From contig CAYXJB010000001.1 in NCBI GenBank assembly GCA_964465445.1, positions 1-52,156 of the forward strand: DNA of 52,156 bases. Reading direction: 5' to 3'. Shown one piece after another: positions 47,315-52,156 of this stretch (its first letter is position 1; every line of letters begins with the position of its first letter). Below the pieces are notes generated by a model. That model was not told the DNA's origin, made no database searches, and saw only the letters and a list, made by a program, of their open reading frames with translations. This stretch comes from an uncultured Verrucomicrobiota bacterium (GTDB taxonomy: Bacteria; Verrucomicrobiota; Verrucomicrobiia; Limisphaerales; JAOAIM01). Position numbers and translations under genes: made by a program.

Positions 47315-50300
47315 TCAGCGCAGCGGCAGGCTGAAACGCACCAGCGTGCCGCCCTGCGGTCGGTTCTGGACTTCGGCGCGCCCGCCGAGCGTTTCGAGTC
47401 GGGTGCGCATGTTCGTCAGGCCGTCGCCGGTCCGGGCGGTCGTTTCCAGACCGCGGCCGTCGTCCTCGATCGTCACCTGCAGTTGACCGTCCTGGCAGCG
47501 CAGGCGCAACCAGACCTCCCGCGCGCCGGAATGGCGCGCGGCATTGTGCAGCGCTTCCTTGACGGCGAGCAACAGGTGATGCCGTTGCGCGGCCGAGATC
47601 GGCAGCTCGGGCAAATTGTCGGGTACGTCAATGCGGCAGGCAATGGCGGTGGGACGGAAAAACTCGCGCGCCCGATCGCACAGGTAGCTGGCCAACCGCG
47701 GCAGCGAATCGTTGCGCGGGTTGACGGTCCAGACCACCTCGTCCATCGCGGCGGCCAGTTGCCGCACTTTTTCGGTCATGGCCTGCACCTGCCGGCGCAG
47801 CTCCTCGGGCGGCGACTCGCTGCGCGAGGCCAGCTCGCCCAACAGCAGAATCTCGGTCAGGCCCGAGCCGATGTCATCATGCAGGTCGCGGGCGATCCGC
47901 GCCCGTTCGCGTTCCATGGCCTGCTGGGTTTCCAGCCGCGCCAGTCGCCGGCGCATCCGGGCGCGTTCGACCATCCGAACGGCAACCGCCACCGTCACCA
48001 GCAACAGCGCCGCGGCCCCGAACCGAAACGCGCTTCGCTCCCAGAACCGCGGCACGACCTCCAGCGTCTGGGCCGCCGGGGCCGCGCGCCAGCCGCCGTG
48101 CGCGCCGACCATGATCGCAAAGCGATACCGCCCCGGACGCAGTTGGGCGTAGGAAGCCACGCGCTGGTTGCCCGCTTCCACCCAGTCGGTGTCCAGACCC
48201 TCGAGCCGGTAGCGAAATCGCAGCCGTGCGGGCGCTTCCATCTCCGGAGCGGTGTAGTAAAACTCGATCCGGCGCGCACCCGAACCCACGCGCCATTCGC
48301 CCTCCGATCCGCTGCTCCGCGCCAGCGGCACGCCGTCGGCCCGAACCTCTTCGAGCACCGGCGGGTGTGGCGGGCGTTGCGCCGGCAGCGCCAACGGATC
48401 GAACGCCACGATGCCCCGCAACACCGGAAACCAGAATCGCCCGTCGGCCGAACGTGTGGCCGAGGGCTGACCACTGGCCAGACAGCCCAGATCCGATGCC
48501 TCGCCTTCGAGCGGCAGCGGCTGCGCCAGCAACGGCGGATCGCTCTCGCGCACGTGCCGCAGCAGCGCGTCTTTGTCCAGTCCGTAAATCCCCTCGTTGC
48601 AACTGAACCAGAGCGTGCCCCGCTCGTCTTCCAGGATTGCGTAAAGCGTATTGTCCGGCAGACCCTCACGCGTGGTCCAACGGCGCAGCGACCGACCCTT
48701 GAGCCGCGCCAGCCCGCCGTTCATTGTCCCGACCCACAAGGCGTCTTCGGCATCGCAATAGAGTGAGATGACCAGCGGCCGCTGGAAGGCGTCCACCCAT
48801 TCCAGTCCCCGACGCGTGAGCCGAAACAGCCCGGCGCCGCGCGCCCCAATCCAGATCTGGCCGGTGGAATCTTGGGCGATGGCGCGGATTTCGTGCGGTC
48901 GGGCGCGCCGGGGCAGTTCGAACAGTTCAAAGCCGCCGGCATGCCGCAGCGCCAGCGCCCCGGCCATGCCGATCCAAAGTCGGCCCTGCCGATCCTCGAA
49001 CAGCGCGGTGATCGTCTTGCGGCCCGTCGCCGGATCGGGCACGCGGCGGAAGCGGCCCTCTTCGAACCGGTAGAGCCCGCGCGAAGTGGCGCACCAGAGA
49101 TTGGTGTCGCGATCCTCCAGAATCGCCGTCACGCTGAGTTGTTCGAGCCCCTGCGCGCGTCCATAACGGGTGACCACGCCGTTGCCGAAGCGAAACACGC
49201 CCGCGCCGTCGGTGCCCACCCACACGCTGCCATCCCGACCCACGCACACGGTGTGAGGCGCGCCTTCATGCACGGCGATGGGCAATGACCAGGCCGTCAC
49301 GTAGCGCGCTCGCAGTTGGTACAAACCGCGATTGGACGTGCCGGCCCAGAGCAACCCTTCGGCATCCTCGTAGAGGCAGGTCACCCCGCCCAGCGGACGC
49401 GCCCGACGCGGCGTCATGCGCCGCCACCCCGCTTCGGTTTCGTAACAGAAAATCCCGCCGCCGTGCGTGCCCGCCCACACCCGACCGCCGCGGCCCTCGA
49501 GCAACACATCCACGGCCGCGCGCGGCACCTGTTCCTCGGCCGGAAGCATCGAGCTGGCCGGCACCAGCCCCGAATCGGTCAACCGCACCAGTTGACGCTG
49601 CGACGCAATCCACCAACCGCCCTGCGCGCTGGGGTAAATCGCTTCCCAACGCGGCAGCGACACCCCGCCCGGATCGAAGCGAGTCCACCGGCCCGCCTCG
49701 CGCACCCACAACTCGCCCGCATTGAAGAGACACACCCGCCCGACCGCGTCCACGAACAGCCGCGCGCCCGATTGGACCGGCGGCAGATTGCCTTGCGCGG
49801 TTGCCGCCGCCGGCGCGGTGTCGGTCGGCGTTGAGCCAGCGCCGGAAACCTTTTGGACACCGCCGCCAACCCATGCCGCCCAAACATCGCCGTCGCGATC
49901 CACAGCCAGTGCCGCGACCGCCGCGCCGGAGCGAACCACGCTCGGGCCGCCGTCCAGCCGGGCTTGCGCCGCGCGAAGCAAACCCGAGGCCGTGCCGATC
50001 CACAAATCGCCGGCCCGATCCACGCACAGGCTGGTGATCGAGGCCGAGACGAACCCGGGCGTGTTTTGCGGCGTGAACACGCGGAAGTGCGCGCCGTCGA
50101 ATCGCGCCAGACCCTGGCGGGTGCCGATCCACAGGAATCCATCCGGCGTGCGGGCGATGGCCGTGACAGTGGCGCTGGGCAGTCCGTTGCGCGTGTCCCA
50201 GTTGCGCACCAGAAACTCGTGCGTGCCCGTCAGTGCCAGCGTCGCGGCGCTCTGTTCGCGCAAGGGCTGCGCCCGCCCTACCACCAGCGCCGCAAGCAAC

Positions 50301-50362
50301 GCGCCCGTCGCCCAGCCGGTCGCCCACCCGACCGGCGCACGCGAATTCAGGCGCAGTCTCAT
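47315..50362 (-). CDS. periplasmic beta-propeller (Reg_prop/Y_Y_Y-type) sensor histidine kinase, HisKA_3 class
   Basis: Internal ATG (rc 50360-50362). Many repeats of the type D..G.LWIGT..GL..., one TM helix, then RARIARDLHDDIGSGLT (HisKA_3) and the HATPase domain (EDDGRGL, GLTNMRTRLE). The response regulator gene lies 95 nt downstream. Confidence 0.9.
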   Translation of the reverse strand: MRLRLNSRAPVGWATGWATGALLAALVVGRAQPLREQSAATLALTGTHEFLVRNWDTRNGLPSATVTAIARTPDGFLWIGTRQGLARFDGAHFRVFTPQNTPGFVSASITSLCVDRAGDLWIGTASGLLRAAQARLDGGPSVVRSGAAVAALAVDRDGDVWAAWVGGGVQKVSGAGSTPTDTAPAAATAQGNLPPVQSGARLFVDAVGRVCLFNAGELWVREAGRWTRFDPGGVSLPRWEAIYPSAQGGWWIASQRQLVRLTDSGLVPASSMLPAEEQVPRAAVDVLLEGRGGRVWAGTHGGGIFCYETEAGWRRMTPRRARPLGGVTCLYEDAEGLLWAGTSNRGLYQLRARYVTAWSLPIAVHEGAPHTVCVGRDGSVWVGTDGAGVFRFGNGVVTRYGRAQGLEQLSVTAILEDRDTNLWCATSRGLYRFEEGRFRRVPDPATGRKTITALFEDRQGRLWIGMAGALALRHAGGFELFELPRRARPHEIRAIAQDSTGQIWIGARGAGLFRLTRRGLEWVDAFQRPLVISLYCDAEDALWVGTMNGGLARLKGRSLRRWTTREGLPDNTLYAILEDERGTLWFSCNEGIYGLDKDALLRHVRESDPPLLAQPLPLEGEASDLGCLASGQPSATRSADGRFWFPVLRGIVAFDPLALPAQRPPHPPVLEEVRADGVPLARSSGSEGEWRVGSGARRIEFYYTAPEMEAPARLRFRYRLEGLDTDWVEAGNQRVASYAQLRPGRYRFAIMVGAHGGWRAAPAAQTLEVVPRFWERSAFRFGAAALLLVTVAVAVRMVERARMRRRLARLETQQAMERERARIARDLHDDIGSGLTEILLLGELASRSESPPEELRRQVQAMTEKVRQLAAAMDEVVWTVNPRNDSLPRLASYLCDRAREFFRPTAIACRIDVPDNLPELPISAAQRHHLLLAVKEALHNAARHSGAREVWLRLRCQDGQLQVTIEDDGRGLETTARTGDGLTNMRTRLETLGGRAEVQNRPQGGTLVRFSLPLR

Positions 50363-50586
50363 ACGCAGCCGTCCAACTCTAACGCCGGGGCGGGTCGGGC
50401 AAAACGCAATTTGCGCGACGCCGCTGCTTCCTGGCACAACTCGCGCGGCTGCGATTGGCGGGTGATCCGACAAGGCGACCGTGCCCGACCACCGGCGGCC
50501 GGGCTGCGGCAAGAGGGATTGCCCGCGGCGGGCCGATTGCCTATCTTGAGCCGCGAGGGCCCGAGCCGCCGGCCGGGCCCGCAGGT

Positions 50587-50663
50587 GCGCGAGTAGCTCA
50601 ACTGGATAGAGCGTCGGCCTCCGGAGCCGAAGGTTGTGGGTTCGACCCCCGCCTCGCGTACCA
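50587..50663 (+). tRNA. tRNA-Arg (anticodon CCG)
   Basis: Hand-folded: GCGCGAG/CTCGCGT acceptor (G1:U72 wobble), GCTC-AACTGGATA-GAGC, TCGGC-CTCCGGA-GCCGA, GTGGG-TTCGACC-CCCGC, encoded CCA followed by a T6 run. Confidence 0.9.
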
Positions 50664-50679
50664 TTTTTTCCTCAGAAGA

Positions 50680-51117
50680 ATGAAAGCGCGTCAGCTCTGG
50701 CTTTGGCCGCCCGCCCGTCCGCTGCTCGATCGACTTGGTGAAACGTTCTTCCGCAACGTGCCTGCGGCGCCCGGGGTGTATCTGTTTTGCGGCGACGGGC
50801 CCGGCGTGCTGTACGTGGGCCGCGCGGCCAACCTGCGCCGCCGTCGGGGCGAATACCGCAACGCTGACTTCAGCCGGTTGCCCCGGCGGTTCGCGCGCCT
50901 GTTGTGCCTGGTTCGGCGCATCGAATGGGACGTTTGCCCGAGCGTGGCCGCAGCCCGATATCGCGAGGAGCTGCTCATTTGTGTGTTGGCGCCCCGGTTC
51001 AATCGCGCCGGCAAGGTCTGGCCGCGCGAATGGCTGCCCTCGCAGCCGACCGCACCGCCCGCCTTCGGCGCTGCGGTTTACGAACCGCTGACGTCCAGGC
51101 AGACAAGTCGGCCCTGA
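50680..51117 (+). CDS. stand-alone GIY-YIG nuclease-domain protein
   Basis: ATG 50680, 17 nt after the tRNA. PGVYLFCGDGPGVLYVGRAANLRRRRGEY resembles the GIY-(x10)-YVG motif of the UvrC N-terminal / GIY-YIG family. The rest is not recognisable. Confidence 0.65.
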   Translation: MKARQLWLWPPARPLLDRLGETFFRNVPAAPGVYLFCGDGPGVLYVGRAANLRRRRGEYRNADFSRLPRRFARLLCLVRRIEWDVCPSVAAARYREELLICVLAPRFNRAGKVWPREWLPSQPTAPPAFGAAVYEPLTSRQTSRP

Positions 51118-52156
51118 GCGCTGCGGCAGAAGATTTTTCCGTTGGCCAGCACCGGCGTGGTCCAGCATTTGCCGCCGAGCACCTGCGCGCGGGCCAGAGG
51201 CTTGAATTCCCCGGGCGAAGCCGGGACGACGATCAACTCGCCCCGCTCGGTGATCACGATCAGTTTCCCATCCGCCGCCATCAACGCGCCCATGCCGGTT
51301 TTCTGACTCCATTGAACGCTGCCATCGGCAAGGCGCACGCATTTGAGCCCCGTGTCGGGCCGGTTCGCATCCCCGTCAACGCCGTAAAGGTATCCGTCCA
51401 ACAGCACGCAGGGGTTGAAGTGGTTGCGCATGTTTTTGTTCTCCCAAACAACCCGCGGGGTCGGGCCCCGAATGTCCAGCAACGCACCGCCGTGATTGTA
51501 CCCGGACGAAATGAACAAATGCCCGTCGCTCAAAATGGGATCGGCAGCGTTGACATCCCAGTCGGTCTTCCAGGGATGTCGCCAGAGTACCTGCCCGTCG
51601 CGCACCCGCACCAGGGCCACATCGGCCTTCAGACACAGCGCCATGACACGCTCGCCCTGCAGATCGAACGGCAACGGCGTCGAGTAACCTGCCGGCTCGC
51701 GACCCGACAACCATCGCAGTTTGCCGGTGTCGGCCTCGAAGGCCGCGCCGCTGCTGCCCACGTTGAGCAGACACCAATCCCCGTCAATGACAACCGAGCC
51801 GGCGAAGCCCCAGGTGGGTTTTTCCACCTTGAGGGTTTCGATGACGTTGTTCGACCAGATCAACCGACCGCTGGTCGCCTCCAGGCACAGCAACACACCG
51901 CGCTTGCTTAGCGTGTAAACGCGGTCGCCTGTGACGGTGGGCGTGGCGCTGGGGCCGCCCTCGTAAAAATTTGCATCCAGCCGCGCCGGATACGAAAACC
52001 TCCAGCGCACCGCCCCGGTCTTGTCGTCCAGACACCACACCGTGTCGGTATTGTTCGAGTGACCCAGCGTGAAGACGCGCCCCTCGCGCACCGCCACCGA
52101 AGAGAAACCCACGCCCACCGACGCGCTCCAGAGCACCTTCGGCCCGTTGGCCGGCC
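51078..52156 (-). CDS. PQQ-like beta-propeller repeat protein (BamB-like fold), N-terminus outside the window
   Basis: Repeated G-x-V/L-x-C/A-L-D-x-x-T/D-G-x-x-x-W motifs (VWCLDDKTGAVRWRF, LLCLEATSGRLIWS, LVRVRDGQVLWRH, VRLADGSVQWSQ, LVCLDVSG). The frame stays open to position 52156; the track start is only a GTG. Confidence 0.8.
   Translation of the reverse strand, partial: PANGPKVLWSASVGVGFSSVAVREGRVFTLGHSNNTDTVWCLDDKTGAVRWRFSYPARLDANFYEGGPSATPTVTGDRVYTLSKRGVLLCLEATSGRLIWSNNVIETLKVEKPTWGFAGSVVIDGDWCLLNVGSSGAAFEADTGKLRWLSGREPAGYSTPLPFDLQGERVMALCLKADVALVRVRDGQVLWRHPWKTDWDVNAADPILSDGHLFISSGYNHGGALLDIRGPTPRVVWENKNMRNHFNPCVLLDGYLYGVDGDANRPDTGLKCVRLADGSVQWSQKTGMGALMAADGKLIVITERGELIVVPASPGEFKPLARAQVLGGKCWTTPVLANGKIFCRSAQGRLVCLDVSGS

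Overview
High-GC (~65%) chromosomal window. By inference from hallmark families (an H-X9-DG prepilin-like protein, an autotransporter-associated beta-strand-repeat giant protein, secreted proteins ending in ...FYRV/FFRI), it is probably Verrucomicrobiota or Planctomycetota. I call about 50 protein genes, mostly housekeeping or envelope functions: NAD salvage pncB/pncA, hisD/hisC, pyrF, galK, an MsbA-like ABC exporter, an LTA-synthase-family transferase, an HtrA-type protease, an M20 dipeptidase and two two-component sensors. There are three tRNAs: Val-CAC, Val-UAC and Arg-CCG. I see no CRISPR array, integrase, transposase, phage module or recognisable defence system, and no clear-cut new multi-gene system. 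The best candidates for novelty are listed here. (1) Two adjacent, separately promoted genes encode secreted Lys-rich proteins built from a 32-aa seven-cysteine module that I cannot assign to a named family. (2) Downstream of these, after a 236-nt gap, lies a tightly coupled four-gene cluster of small membrane proteins (GYF_2-TM2, GYF_2-multiTM, DUF2752, TM2-like). (3) A GT-C-like/GT2 fusion glycosyltransferase is interrupted by an in-frame TAA. (4) Two ~150-bp MITE/REP-like palindromic elements flank a 0.9-kb segment holding an internally deleted redoxin remnant and a Gly/Ser-repeat lipoprotein. (5) An ECF-sigma-linked string encodes DUF3179, a lamin-tail-like protein and a HEAT-TlpA fusion. 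Three disrupted genes (nonsense, frameshift, internal deletion) in 52 kb suggest either gene decay or assembly errors. All family assignments come from reading motifs by eye; no searches were run. The ORF track uses alternative start codons, so several starts were moved to internal ATG/GTG codons checked in the DNA.
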